DNA of 64,000 nucleotides from the NCBI GenBank assembly GCA_025061985.1, contig JANXAW010000023.1:78104-142103 (forward strand). The letters run 5' to 3'. Positions 37,962 through 47,839 of this stretch are shown in pieces. The notes under the pieces were generated by a model, which was not told where the DNA came from, ran no database searches, and saw only the letters and a program-made list of their open reading frames with translations. Numbering within the stretch: the first letter of the stretch is position 1; each line of letters opens with the position of its first letter. The position numbers and the translations under genes were made by a program. Origin of the DNA: Fimbriimonadales bacterium (lineage in GTDB: Bacteria; Armatimonadota; Fimbriimonadia; Fimbriimonadales; GBS-DC).

Positions 37962-40007
37962 CTATGACTGGTCGTCGTGTTTGTGCGTGGCAGCCTCTAC
38001 GCGAAAGCGCGGGAAGTAAACCGTAAAGCATGTGCCCTCGCCCACTTTTGTGTGCACCTCTATGTAGCCGCCAAGTTGCTGCACTGCTCCCTGCACGGCT
38101 GCCAGCCCCATCCCCGTGCCCTGACCAGGGGGCTTGGTGGAGAAGAACGGCTCAAAGATGTAGGGCAGCACCTCTTCCGGGATACCCGTACCCGTGTCTG
38201 CTACGCTAAGGGTCACGTATTCTCCCTCGGGAACTTGAGTGGTGCGCGTTTGATCTACGGTCTCGTTCCGAAGGCGGATGGTGATCACGCCACCATTGGG
38301 CATCGCATCGCGCGCGTTTACGACTAAGTTTAGCACGATTTGCATCAGCAGGTTTGTATCGGCTCGGACGGTCCAGAGGTTCGAAGCGACTTCCGTATGG
38401 AGGCGGATGGATTCGGGGAGCACGCGCTGCAGTAGCTCCAGCGCGCCTTCCAGCCAGTTGCCTAAGTTTACAGGCCCAAGTTGCACAGTCTGTCGACGTG
38501 CGTATGCCAACAGCTGGCGGTTGAGGTTTGCGGCGCGCTCGGCGGCTTGAAGAATGCCATCTATGTAGCGGAGGGTGGTCTCGTCCTGCACGCGCCCGCG
38601 TGCCAGTTCGGCGAACCCAACAATGGCTGTCAGCACATTGTTGAAATCGTGAGCAATCCCGCCTGCAATCCTGCCAATGCTTTCCAAGCGGTAGGCTTGC
38701 ATCAATTGCTGTTGAAGACGGCGTAGCTCAGTAATGTCAGTCTGTACCCCCCATGCACGCACCAGCTTACCATCTTCTACAACTCCGACGAAGCTGTTCA
38801 GGAAGTACCGCTCTGTGCCGTCAATCGCACGTTCGCGCGAAACATGCCCCTCAACGCGGTAGTTGTTCATAACAAATGCACGTATCATCTCGCGGTTTTC
38901 GGGGTTATCAGGCGGGAGCAACTTCACCAACGGCGCGCCCACAATCGCCTCGGGAGACTCCAAGCCGTACATCCGAGCAAATGCCTGGTTACACTCGGCG
39001 AGGTAGCCTTCCTGCCAGATGCGCTCTATCTGCTCTTCAACGGGCAAATCTGTTGGAATGGGGTTGCGCGCTTCGAACCGCCAGATGCCTTCATTCGCTA
39101 GCTGCACAAACAATCGATAGCGGGCTTCGCTTTCCTGAAGGGCACGCTGCGCTTGGATAAGTTCGGTCATGTCGTGCAGTACACTCCACGCCCCCAGCAA
39201 CAAGCCTTCGCGCACGATCCCGCGAAAGTTGAACACAAAAAAGCGCTCTTGCCCGTCGGGCAAGGGGAGCCGTAGCAGCACGTCTCGCAGCGAGTATCCC
39301 GCGAGCACAAACTGACGCATCAGATCTATAAGCTCGTGTTTGGGCAATGGGCAAACGCTACGTAGCGGGTTGCCCACGATCTCGTGCAGCGACATGCCTC
39401 TAAGTTGCGCGAAAGCAGGGTTGCATTCAGCAAGGTAGGCGCGTTCGTAGATCAACTCCGCTTGGCGCGCCACAGGAAGCTGTACTGGCACTGGCTCTGT
39501 GAGCATCGCGCGGTAGATTGCCTCATTCGAAAGCTTTATGAACGCTTGGTAGCGATCGTGGCTTAGTTTCAGCTCTTGCTGGACGCGCTCGCGGTCGGTG
39601 ACATCGAGGCAGAACAGATGTACCACCATGCGCCCCCGCGCCTGGGCGAGGGTGTAGTGAGCCTCGACTAGGCGCACTGTGCCCCTTGCCGTGTACTGGC
39701 GCAGCATACGTACACCGTACCGGCACTGACGCACTACCTCCCGCAAATCGCGGGACCACACTAAACCCTCGGCGCTAAGGCAGTCAATATGCCCTTCGCG
39801 AACTGCATCGCCGTAGAACTGTTGTGCCGCGGCGTTTACTGCCAAAATCGCGCCGCTTTCAAGGTCTACAAGTAGTTGAGGCACGCTACTTTCGTGAAAC
39901 AGCTGCACCCCCCACTCGTGCGCTTCTAAAGCGTGCTCCAGCTCTGCAACGCGTTGCCGAAGCCTCTCCAGCTCCGCTTGCAGGCTCAAAGGCGCATCAC
40001 TCTGCAT
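37962..40007 (-). CDS. Soluble multi-PAS sensor histidine kinase (orphan)
   Basis: Several PAS-like modules, H-box IAHDFNNVLTAI, N-box VVNARDAM, G-box DTGTGI...GTGMGLA. No response regulator is adjacent. Confidence 0.85.
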   Translation of the reverse strand: MQSDAPLSLQAELERLRQRVAELEHALEAHEWGVQLFHESSVPQLLVDLESGAILAVNAAAQQFYGDAVREGHIDCLSAEGLVWSRDLREVVRQCRYGVRMLRQYTARGTVRLVEAHYTLAQARGRMVVHLFCLDVTDRERVQQELKLSHDRYQAFIKLSNEAIYRAMLTEPVPVQLPVARQAELIYERAYLAECNPAFAQLRGMSLHEIVGNPLRSVCPLPKHELIDLMRQFVLAGYSLRDVLLRLPLPDGQERFFVFNFRGIVREGLLLGAWSVLHDMTELIQAQRALQESEARYRLFVQLANEGIWRFEARNPIPTDLPVEEQIERIWQEGYLAECNQAFARMYGLESPEAIVGAPLVKLLPPDNPENREMIRAFVMNNYRVEGHVSRERAIDGTERYFLNSFVGVVEDGKLVRAWGVQTDITELRRLQQQLMQAYRLESIGRIAGGIAHDFNNVLTAIVGFAELARGRVQDETTLRYIDGILQAAERAANLNRQLLAYARRQTVQLGPVNLGNWLEGALELLQRVLPESIRLHTEVASNLWTVRADTNLLMQIVLNLVVNARDAMPNGGVITIRLRNETVDQTRTTQVPEGEYVTLSVADTGTGIPEEVLPYIFEPFFSTKPPGQGTGMGLAAVQGAVQQLGGYIEVHTKVGEGTCFTVYFPRFRVEAATHKHDDQS

Positions 40008-40089
40008 AACAGCCCTCTGCCCCCACTAATTTTACCGTGTGCTGACACTGGTACGACTTGCCACAGGCTTACCCCCTAATAGGCTCAGG

Positions 40090-40095
40090 TATAAT
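40090..40095 (+). promoter_or_regulatory. -10 box TATAAT 9 nt upstream of the nuoG ATG
   Basis: TCAGGTATAAT-CGGGCTACT-ATG. Confidence 0.45.
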
Positions 40096-40104
40096 CGGGC
40101 TACT

Positions 40105-42327
40105 ATGCCCAAGCCTAAGTACGCGCAACCGAAGCTGGTCAACATCGAAATCAACGGCATCCCCCTGCAAGTGCCCGAAGGCGAGCCTTTGGTGGAAGCT
40201 GCAAAGCGTGTAGGAGCAGATATTCCCATCTTTTGCTATCACAAGTATATGCAGCCTGTAGGGATGTGCCGAATGTGCTTGGTAGAGATAGGCTACAAGC
40301 AACCTGATGGCAGCGTGCGCAAAATGCCCAAGCCTCAAACTTCCTGCACGCTTCCGTGCACCGAAGGGCTGGTTGCATGGACTGAGACCGAGCAAATCAT
40401 CAAAGACCGTCGCGCTATATTGGAGTTCCTGCTGATCAACCACCCGCTGGATTGTCCTATTTGCGATCGAGGCGGAGAGTGCCCTCTGCAAAACAACACG
40501 CAGTTCTACGGACCTTCCACCAGCCGCTACATTGAGGTCAAGCGCCATTTGCCCAAAGCGTTTCCGCTTTCTAAGTATGTTATGCTAGACTTAGAGCGGT
40601 GCATTCAGTGTGGGCGATGTGTGCGCTTCACCGAAGAGGTGTCGGGCGATTCGCAGCTGGCGTTCCTGTTCCGTGGAGCGCAAACGCAACCCCACACTTT
40701 CCAACTCACTGAGTTCACCAGTCACTTCAGCGGGAATGTGATTGAGATCTGCCCTGTCGGGGCGCTGACCAGCCGCACGTATCGCTTCCGTGCTCGCCCG
40801 TGGGACATCACCACGCAAAAAAGCATTTGCACAATGTGTTCCAACGGTTGCAATCTCTATGTAGATAGTCGTGCAGGTAGGGTTGTACGCATCAACGCGC
40901 GTGAAAACCCGCTGGTAAATGAGACTTGGACATGCGACAAGGGCAAGTTTGAGCAGACCTACATGCATGCATCTGACCGCCTTCTGCAACCGATGGTGCG
41001 CCGTGGCAAGGAGTGGGAGCCAATCCGCTGGAGCGACGCCTACGACTTATTGCTGGAGCGCTGGAGCGCGCTCAGCGGCAACGGGCGTGCTGTCGCAGGG
41101 CTGGCAGGACATCGGCTTAGCAACGAGTCGCTGTATCTGTTCCAGAAGCTATTGCGTGGGGCATTCCAGACTAACCATATCGATCACCGCTTCACGCGCT
41201 ATCAGGGCGCCCTGTGTGTGCCCACCACGCAGAACGAGTACCGCGACTTAGAAGCAGCTGCGCTGGTGTTTGTGTTCGGCATGGATCTGATTGATGAGCA
41301 GCCGATGGTGTTCTTGCGCTTGCGCAAGGCATGCCGTCGCTACGAGGTGCAGTCGATCGTGGCATACCCTGTGCCCAACGCGGCGGAGGAGTTTGCTACG
41401 CTATGTTTGCGCTACCGCCCTGGCAGCGAGGACGCACTGCTAAAGGGCTTGCTGCATGTCGTGCTGGAGCAGCTTCCCACGCTGCCTGCTGAGGCAGAAT
41501 CACTCAAAGCTCAACTTGCAGATTGCACGCCCGCGTGGACGGCTGAGCAGACAGGCGTACCTGCTGAGACCCTGATGGCAGCCGCGCAACAGATCGCTCA
41601 GTCGCCTAGCATGGTGATTTTGGCAGGGGAGAAGGTGTGGAACCACCCGCGCGCTCACGAGGTGGTGGAATGGCTTCAGGTGCTGAATCGCCTTACAGGC
41701 AACGATACTCGTGAGGAAGGTGGGTTGAACTTGATGCCCACAGGTGCCAATCAGCAGGGTGCGTGGGAGTTAGGCGTTGTGCCACATCTGTTGCCGGGCT
41801 ACGCGCTTGTGGAGGACGCAGCCGCGCGTGCCCGCTTTGAGCAAGCGTGGGGCGTGTCGTTGCCTGCAACCGCAGGACTGAGCACGGATGGCATCTTGCA
41901 AGCCTGTTTGCAAGGCGAGGTGCAGTTGCTATACATCGCGGGCGCAGACCTCATAGGCGCGCACTATGAGCCAGCCCTTGCCGAGCGCGCCCTCCGCGCG
42001 TGCGCCTTCGTGGTGGTGCAAGATGTGCAAATGACAGAAACGGCGCGCTATGCCGACTTGCTGCTACCTGCGTGCCCGTTTACCGAGTATGAGGGCACTT
42101 TCACTAACTGGGAGCGGCGCGTGCAGCGGTTCTGGCAAGCCCATCCGCCCCAGGGCGAGGCGAAACCCGATTGGCAGGTGTTTGCCGAGCTGTGGCTGCG
42201 CATACGTCGTCAAGTGCCACCTTTCAGCGCCCGTGAGGTAATGGAGGAGATCGCGCGTCTTGTGCCCGCCTTCGCGCCCGCGGACTACGCGCGTCTTGGC
42301 GAGGAGGGCGTGCGTCTCGGCGTATAA
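40105..42327 (+). CDS. nuoG: NADH-quinone oxidoreductase subunit G-like (75 kDa Fe-S / molybdopterin-fold)
   Basis: 2Fe-2S CYHKYMQPVGMCRMCLVE, HPLDCPICDRGGECPLQ, and 4Fe-4S CIQCGRCVR. ATG 40105 chosen. No other nuo genes are adjacent. Confidence 0.8.
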   Translation: MPKPKYAQPKLVNIEINGIPLQVPEGEPLVEAAKRVGADIPIFCYHKYMQPVGMCRMCLVEIGYKQPDGSVRKMPKPQTSCTLPCTEGLVAWTETEQIIKDRRAILEFLLINHPLDCPICDRGGECPLQNNTQFYGPSTSRYIEVKRHLPKAFPLSKYVMLDLERCIQCGRCVRFTEEVSGDSQLAFLFRGAQTQPHTFQLTEFTSHFSGNVIEICPVGALTSRTYRFRARPWDITTQKSICTMCSNGCNLYVDSRAGRVVRINARENPLVNETWTCDKGKFEQTYMHASDRLLQPMVRRGKEWEPIRWSDAYDLLLERWSALSGNGRAVAGLAGHRLSNESLYLFQKLLRGAFQTNHIDHRFTRYQGALCVPTTQNEYRDLEAAALVFVFGMDLIDEQPMVFLRLRKACRRYEVQSIVAYPVPNAAEEFATLCLRYRPGSEDALLKGLLHVVLEQLPTLPAEAESLKAQLADCTPAWTAEQTGVPAETLMAAAQQIAQSPSMVILAGEKVWNHPRAHEVVEWLQVLNRLTGNDTREEGGLNLMPTGANQQGAWELGVVPHLLPGYALVEDAAARARFEQAWGVSLPATAGLSTDGILQACLQGEVQLLYIAGADLIGAHYEPALAERALRACAFVVVQDVQMTETARYADLLLPACPFTEYEGTFTNWERRVQRFWQAHPPQGEAKPDWQVFAELWLRIRRQVPPFSAREVMEEIARLVPAFAPADYARLGEEGVRLGV

Positions 42328-42328
42328 T
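42323..42328 (+). promoter_or_regulatory. -10 box TATAAT overlapping the nuoG stop, 5 nt upstream of GTG 42334
   Basis: GGC-GTA-TAA-TATGCC-GTG. Confidence 0.35.
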
Positions 42329-42333
42329 ATGCC

Positions 42334-44334
42334 GTGTTTCGGGCAATGCCGCGGTCAATAGCGTGGCTGGGCACGCTTGGGGTTCTGGTAATAGTCGGCG
42401 TGCTGTACGCGCCCACGCTGGACTTCAAGTTTGTATGGGATGATAACCAAGTGATTTATGGGCGTGTGGACTACCGCGCGCCCGCGCGTTGGTTGGAAGC
42501 CGTTCGCCAGCCGCTGGATTTCTCGCCCAACTACTGGCGCCCACTGGCGTTGAGCAGCCTGCTGGTGCAACTGTGGGTTTGGGGCGATAACCCTGCGCCG
42601 TTCCACGCAGTGAATATGCTCCTGCACTTGCTCAACACCGCATTGGTATGTACTTTAGGGCTACGCTTGGCACAGGGGCACTGGCTAGGGGTGCTGCTGG
42701 GCGGGCTGTACGGCGTGCACCCAGCGTTAGTAGAGAGCGTTGCTTTCGTCTCCGCACGGTACGACCTAATGGTCACGCTGTTTTTGCTGTTGGCGCTATG
42801 GCTAGAGAGGCGATTAGGGGGAATCGCGCGGATAGTCAGTGTGAGTAGCGCGTTCGCGCTGGCGTTGCTGTGCAAAGAGTTAGCGATTGTATTCCCGCTG
42901 GTGTTGGTGGCGTGGCAACTGGCATGGCGCGAAGGGGAGTGGCACACGCGCCTTCGGCAGTTGTGGCGGGCAGAAGGCGGGCTGTACGCCGCGATCGGGC
43001 TGACGCTGGCGCTGTACTTGGGAATTCGCTACCTCACGCTTGGCTACTTGCTTACCGAGCCGCCTCCTGGGGTTCAGATAGACCCGGGCACGCCCGTGCA
43101 GCATTTGCTGTTGATTGGGCGCACGCTTACAACGCTAATGGGGCTGGTGGTGTTCCCGTTTTTCAGTATCACGCCAGCCCATCATTCGGAGTTGCCGATC
43201 CCGTTGCACGACGGTTGGGCGTGGGCGCAGTTGGGGGTTGCAGGGGGCATACTCGTGGTGTTAGCCTTACTGGTGTGGCGTGTGCCCCAAGCAGGGTGGT
43301 TGCTTTTGGCAGGGTTGATCAGCTTGCTGCCAGTGCTAAACCTGCGCCCGCTGGAGTTCGCCGTAGGCATCTTTACAGCGGAGCGCTTTCTCACTTTCCC
43401 ACTGGCACTGTTTGCGCTGGGCTTTGGGCAACTGGTGTTGGCAAAGCGGGCTACTACTGAGTTGCACAGGCGGAGCAATGCGGTGGCAACGCAACGCGTG
43501 CGAGCTTTCGCCTTGGGCGCTGCGGTGTGGGGTGCAGGAGCAGTCGTAACTACAGCGACTATATTGCCGAACTGGCGCGACGCCGAAACCTTCTGGTTAT
43601 GGCTTACGCGTGCTTCGCCCCGCTCGCCCATCGGCTATGCGAACCTTTCCGACCTGTACAACAAGATGGGTAGGTACCAAGAAGCAATACCCTATGCAGA
43701 GAAGGCGATTCAGGTTGCCCCCCATTGCGGGATGGGGTATGTAAACAAGGGTGTGGCGTTGCTGCACTTAGGCAATCGTGAGCAGGCAACAGCTCTCTTT
43801 CGTCAAGCTACCCAAGTGGAGCCTCAGAATGTAATCGCTTGGAATAACCTCGCTGTTATGCTCGCCGAGCGTGGCGCATACAACCAAGCAGAACGGATCA
43901 TTAAGCAGCGTGTGCTGGGCAAGGTGCCAAAGTTTTTAGGGCACCAAGCGTTAGGGCTAATCTACTCGCGTCAGGCGCGTTTGGACTTAGCAGAGCAGGA
44001 GTTCCAACGCGCTTATGCACTAATGACTAACCCGCATGGCTCGGTAGCCGAAAGAGCGCTTCAACAGCTGCGCGAAGCAAGCAAGTGGATTGTTGCTGCC
44101 CACCACTGGATGAACCGTGGTGACCTGACCATAGCCGAGCGGCATCTCCAGTCGGCAGCTACGCGCGACCCCAACCGCGTGGAATATGCAATCGCGTTAG
44201 CGCGCCTGCGCCTACTGCAAAATCGCCCTACCGAAGCCCGACGACTGCTTTACGAACTGCGCACCTACGGCTATAGCGACTCCACAATCGAAGCCCTGTG
44301 GGCAGAGCTACAACGGGCACGCTCCCGCCCATAA
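42334..44334 (+). CDS. Polytopic GT-C-like membrane protein (DUF1736/TMTC-like) with C-terminal TPR repeats
   Basis: N-terminal motif YAPTLDFKFVWDDNQVI...NYWRPLALSSLL...FHAVNMLLH, about 10 TM helices, then TPR repeats. The start is GTG 42334 or ATG 42346. Confidence 0.6.
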   Translation: MFRAMPRSIAWLGTLGVLVIVGVLYAPTLDFKFVWDDNQVIYGRVDYRAPARWLEAVRQPLDFSPNYWRPLALSSLLVQLWVWGDNPAPFHAVNMLLHLLNTALVCTLGLRLAQGHWLGVLLGGLYGVHPALVESVAFVSARYDLMVTLFLLLALWLERRLGGIARIVSVSSAFALALLCKELAIVFPLVLVAWQLAWREGEWHTRLRQLWRAEGGLYAAIGLTLALYLGIRYLTLGYLLTEPPPGVQIDPGTPVQHLLLIGRTLTTLMGLVVFPFFSITPAHHSELPIPLHDGWAWAQLGVAGGILVVLALLVWRVPQAGWLLLAGLISLLPVLNLRPLEFAVGIFTAERFLTFPLALFALGFGQLVLAKRATTELHRRSNAVATQRVRAFALGAAVWGAGAVVTTATILPNWRDAETFWLWLTRASPRSPIGYANLSDLYNKMGRYQEAIPYAEKAIQVAPHCGMGYVNKGVALLHLGNREQATALFRQATQVEPQNVIAWNNLAVMLAERGAYNQAERIIKQRVLGKVPKFLGHQALGLIYSRQARLDLAEQEFQRAYALMTNPHGSVAERALQQLREASKWIVAAHHWMNRGDLTIAERHLQSAATRDPNRVEYAIALARLRLLQNRPTEARRLLYELRTYGYSDSTIEALWAELQRARSRP

Positions 44335-44406
44335 GGTATGCTTATATGCGTACTCTCTATCGCTTGCAATGCTCGACGCAGAGTAGCACTCTGGAGGTTC
44401 AGAGCG

Positions 44407-45972
44407 ATGTCAATGCCTATGGATTGGAAAGCCGAGGTTTACAACCGCGAGATCGATGTTCTTCTGGGGCAAGCGAAGCCACTCTATCACAACCTCTCTG
44501 TAGCCGCTCTTGTGGAGCATGCCGTTCTCAATGGCGAGGCGCAACTTGCTTCCAACGGCGCCCTGATCGCGCGCACAGGGCAATACACAGGTCGCTCGCC
44601 CAAAGATAAGTTCATCGTTCGGCATCCTGAGTACGAGGCAGAAATCCACTGGGGAGCGATCAACCAGCCGATGGCGCCAGAAGTTTTCGACCGCTTACTC
44701 CTGCGCGTATCGGCATACTTGGTAAATCGACCGCTGTATGTGCAAGATTGCTTTGCGGGCGCCGATCCCCGCTACCGCATCGGCGTGCGCGTGATCACCG
44801 AAATGGCCTGGCACAACTTGTTTGCCAAGCAGCTATTCATTCGACCGTCGCGCGAGGAGTTGGCGCAATTTCGCGCTAACTTCGTAGTACTGCATGCGCC
44901 CAACTTCAAAACCGAACCTGCGATAGATGGCACGCGCAGTGAAGTGGTCATCGCTATTGATTTCAAGCGACGCATTGTACTGATAGCGGGCACGGGCTAC
45001 GCAGGCGAGATCAAGAAGTCCATTTTCACGGTGATGAATTTTATTTTGCCGACGCAGGGCGTGTTTCCGATGCACTGCGCGGCGAACATGGGCGCAGCAG
45101 GCGATGTTGCACTGTTTTTTGGGCTAAGCGGCACTGGCAAGACCTCGCTTTCTGCAGACCCAGAGCGCCGATTGATTGGCGACGATGAGCATGGCTGGAG
45201 CGACACAGGCGTGTTCAACTTTGAAGGCGGATGTTATGCAAAGTGCATCAACCTCTCGCGTGAACACGAACCCCAAATCTGGAACGCGATCCGCTTTGGC
45301 AGCGTGGTGGAGAATGTGGTGGTAGACCCTTACACGCGCGAACCTAACTACGCTGACGCCTCGATCACCGAAAACACGCGCGCAGCCTACCCTGTGGAAT
45401 ATATTGAGGGGGCGGTACTTCCCAGCATCGGGGGACACCCGCAGCACCTGTTCTTTTTGGCCGCGGACGCATTTGGCGTGCTACCCCCAATCAGCCGACT
45501 GACCATTTCGCAAGCGATGGATATGTTTTTGCTGGGCTACACAGCAAAGGTTGCGGGCACAGAGCGCGGGATCACCACCCCAGAAATGACCTTCAGTGCG
45601 TGCTTTGGCGCGCCTTTCCTACCCATGTCGCCCGTGCGCTATGGGGAAATGTTGGCAGCGAAGTTGAGCCAGCATCAAGCACAAGCGTGGCTGGTCAACA
45701 CGGGATGGACAGGAGGCGCATACGGTGTAGGGCATCGCATTCCCATTCGGTACACTCGCGCGATGATTCGCGCTGCCCTAAGTGGCGCATTAGACCGCGT
45801 GGCTTACCGCACCGATCCGATTTTCGGGTTAGAGGTGCCTGTGAGCGTGCCCGACGTGCCAGACGAGCTGCTGACCCCACGCAACACATGGCAAGACAAA
45901 ATGGCTTACGAAGCGCAAGCACGCCAGCTGGTGGAAAAAATGCAGGAGCGCCTCAAAACCCTGCGAAGCTGA
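44407..45972 (+). CDS. pckA: Phosphoenolpyruvate carboxykinase (ATP)
   Basis: [14 protein letters not shown], kinase-1a [22 protein letters not shown] 44407 lies 9 nt after a GGAGG site. Confidence 0.9.
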   Translation: MSMPMDWKAEVYNREIDVLLGQAKPLYHNLSVAALVEHAVLNGEAQLASNGALIARTGQYTGRSPKDKFIVRHPEYEAEIHWGAINQPMAPEVFDRLLLRVSAYLVNRPLYVQDCFAGADPRYRIGVRVITEMAWHNLFAKQLFIRPSREELAQFRANFVVLHAPNFKTEPAIDGTRSEVVIAIDFKRRIVLIAGTGYAGEIKKSIFTVMNFILPTQGVFPMHCAANMGAAGDVALFFGLSGTGKTSLSADPERRLIGDDEHGWSDTGVFNFEGGCYAKCINLSREHEPQIWNAIRFGSVVENVVVDPYTREPNYADASITENTRAAYPVEYIEGAVLPSIGGHPQHLFFLAADAFGVLPPISRLTISQAMDMFLLGYTAKVAGTERGITTPEMTFSACFGAPFLPMSPVRYGEMLAAKLSQHQAQAWLVNTGWTGGAYGVGHRIPIRYTRAMIRAALSGALDRVAYRTDPIFGLEVPVSVPDVPDELLTPRNTWQDKMAYEAQARQLVEKMQERLKTLRS

Positions 45973-45996
45973 ACTACTCTGCCTCTCGAAGCATTG

Positions 45997-46026
45997 TGCC
46001 TCCCGACACCAAAGTATCGGGAGGCA
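45997..46026. terminator. Hairpin between convergent pckA and NlpC/P60 genes
   Basis: TGCCTCCCGA-CACCAAAGTA-TCGGGAGGCA gives a 10-bp stem. There is no clear U-tract. Confidence 0.4.
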
Positions 46027-46040
46027 TCTACGCTGCCGCC

Positions 46041-46973
46041 TCAGCGTTTGAGGATTCGCCGTGCGCCTACATAGCGTTTTTTGTAGTAGCCTGAGTTGAG
46101 CGTGTCGATACGCACGCGTCCCCGCGCGCTAGAAGCGTGAATGAACTTGCCGTCGCCAATGTAGATGCCCACATGCGAGACGCTGCGCCCCCGCGTGCGG
46201 AAAAACACCAGATCGCCCGGTCGAAGCTCGTGGCGTGCTACGGGCACGCCCACGCGGAACTGCGCGCGTGAGCTATGAGGCAACACGATGCCGTGTTTAC
46301 GAAACACATGCATTGTGAACCCCGAGCAGTCAAACCCACGCGCACTGCTCCCGCCATAGCGATAGCGGCTGCCCAAGTACGCCAGCGCGCTCCGAACCGC
46401 TTCGGGCAACCCGCGTGACTTAAGCGCGGCTAGCGTTTGCAGACGCGACGGCTTTCGAGAAACGCGCTTTAGGGAAACGCGGCTTGACTTCGCTACTTGC
46501 TTCTCTCGCGGAGGTTTGGTAGGGCTTAGATACTCGCTTTTGATCCAACCCGCACGCCCATTCGGCAGCTGTACGCGACTCCATTCGCCCTGTCGTGCCA
46601 AGATGCGCACCTTCGTCCAGCGGTCCACAAGGGTGATGCGTGCAGCACTAAGGCGGGGGGCAACGCGCACGTTCACACGATCCCGATTAAGCACTGCCCA
46701 GCCCGATGCAGAGGCGTTCGAGCGAATAGAAGAGCGACCCTGGAGCGAAGCGCGCTTTAGGGGGATTTTGATTTTGTCGCCAATCTGAAGCGCGTGCGGA
46801 TTGCGCAGTTTGTTCACGCGCAGCAGGTCTGGTACACGCAAGCCGTGCCTACGTGCTATCGTGGACAGCGAGTCACCTTTCTTGACAGTGTAAGTGATAG
46901 TTTGCTGCGCCGAGGCTGCAACCATCAGGCTCACGAGCGGGGCCATCCAGCCCCAGCGTTTGAGTGTGTGCAT
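46041..46973 (-). CDS. Peptidoglycan endopeptidase, LysM-SH3-NlpC/P60
   Basis: Signal peptide, LysM (YTVKKGDSLSTIARRHG...), SH3b-like segment, and an NlpC/P60 catalytic core (FDCSGFTMHVF...SHVGIYIGDGKFIHA). Confidence 0.85.
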   Translation of the reverse strand: MHTLKRWGWMAPLVSLMVAASAQQTITYTVKKGDSLSTIARRHGLRVPDLLRVNKLRNPHALQIGDKIKIPLKRASLQGRSSIRSNASASGWAVLNRDRVNVRVAPRLSAARITLVDRWTKVRILARQGEWSRVQLPNGRAGWIKSEYLSPTKPPREKQVAKSSRVSLKRVSRKPSRLQTLAALKSRGLPEAVRSALAYLGSRYRYGGSSARGFDCSGFTMHVFRKHGIVLPHSSRAQFRVGVPVARHELRPGDLVFFRTRGRSVSHVGIYIGDGKFIHASSARGRVRIDTLNSGYYKKRYVGARRILKR

Positions 46974-47030
46974 TGCTACCCTCCTTGAATAAAGTCTCGT
47001 GCCCTGCGACCTCGGTCACAAAGCAGGGGC

Positions 47031-47060
47031 AGTATACCCGTTCGAGCCCCCGCAAGTCAA
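47031..47060 (-). promoter_or_regulatory. Sigma70-type promoter for the NlpC/P60 gene
   Basis: The minus strand has TTGACT (47060-47055), an 18-nt spacer, then TATACT (47036-47031). The leader of about 50 nt contains the hairpin GCCCTGC/GCAGGGC and an AAGGAGGG RBS. Confidence 0.5.
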
Positions 47061-47247
47061 CAGGGGAGGAGGGTGTTCGAAGAGTGCCTGCACTGGCTAC
47101 GGTAGATGCCGTTGCTGTGCAAACGAAGCCCACCTACGTGAGCTAAACCGCCGACGAAGATCGGCTTCATCTGCGCAGGAACGGCTTGAGCTGTCTCGCT
47201 CAGGAGAAAGTTTTGCAAACACCCTCATCGGGGAGGGGTAGCGCCGC

Positions 47248-47277
47248 TTGAATTCTTAGCGTGGCTAAGGGTACTAT
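47248..47277 (+). promoter_or_regulatory. Sigma70-type promoter for the ABM gene
   Basis: TTGAAT, an 18-nt spacer, then TACTAT. A GGAGG RBS and ATG 47303 lie downstream. Confidence 0.45.
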
Positions 47278-47302
47278 CTATGGAGAATGGAGGTGATAGC
47301 CG

Positions 47303-47689
47303 ATGGAGACACAACTCAGTTCAGCGGAAACGACTACCTCTATGCAGGCAGAGGGGCAAACTATCGGGGGCTTTGTGGCGATCAACTACATCACCTGTGC
47401 TCCTGAATATCGTGAGCGGTTTGAGTACCTCTTTAGAACGCGAGCGCACGCGATTGATCGCATGCCGGGCTTTCGTGGGATGTATGTGCTGCGCCCCCAG
47501 CGTGAAGGCGACCCTTACTTGGTAGTTAGCCATTGGGAAAGCGAAGCGCACTTTCGCGCTTGGCTTCAATCGCCTGAGTTCCTGGAAGGGCACAAGCGTG
47601 GCTTTGAAGACTTGCGCGCTGCAAAAGCTCGTGGGGAACAGCCACCGATGCACTCGGACTTTCGCACCTACGAGGTCATTGCCCGCTAA
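47303..47689 (+). CDS. Antibiotic-biosynthesis-monooxygenase (ABM/IsdG-like) domain protein
   Basis: FVAINYITCAPEYRERFEYLF..RAHAIDRMPGFRGMYVLRP......YLVVSHWESEAHFRAW. A GGAGG RBS lies upstream. Confidence 0.75.
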   Translation: METQLSSAETTTSMQAEGQTIGGFVAINYITCAPEYRERFEYLFRTRAHAIDRMPGFRGMYVLRPQREGDPYLVVSHWESEAHFRAWLQSPEFLEGHKRGFEDLRAAKARGEQPPMHSDFRTYEVIAR

Positions 47690-47767
47690 AGCAGGAGACG
47701 CACTAAACAGCACCTCTTCTTGTCTCAACCAATAGGAAAGTAGTGGTTGCTGCAGAATCGTATCGGG

Positions 47768-47773
47768 TACAAT
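47768..47773 (+). promoter_or_regulatory. -10-like TACAAT upstream of the pil operon
   Basis: GGGTACAAT lies 66 nt upstream of the pilM ATG. The -35 is weak. Confidence 0.3.
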
Positions 47774-47780
47774 CTATGAC

Positions 47781-47801
47781 GCTCCTGCCAATGGCAGGAG
47801 C
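47781..47801 (+). promoter_or_regulatory. Perfect 9-bp hairpin at the 5' end of the predicted pil operon leader
   Basis: GCTCCTGCC-AAT-GGCAGGAGC. Its 3' arm overlaps a sigma54-like TGGCAG-N5-TCGC element at 47792-47806. Confidence 0.4.
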
Positions 47802-47839
47802 GTCGCTTGCCTTGTCGAACACACGATCGGGAGACTGGG

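Noticed and set aside
47118-47164. Resemblance to the tmRNA tag region (GCAAACGAAG...), to the c-di-AMP (ydaO) riboswitch 3' half (GTGAGCTAAACC...GACGAAG) and to an RNase P segment (AAACCGCCGA at 47145-47154)
   Set aside because: These are only short partial matches recalled from memory. The other obligatory elements of each RNA are absent nearby (tRNA-like ends for tmRNA, the GGGGA/GGGUGAAUC halves for ydaO, the P4 sequences for RNase P). A 10-mer match is not significant at this scale.
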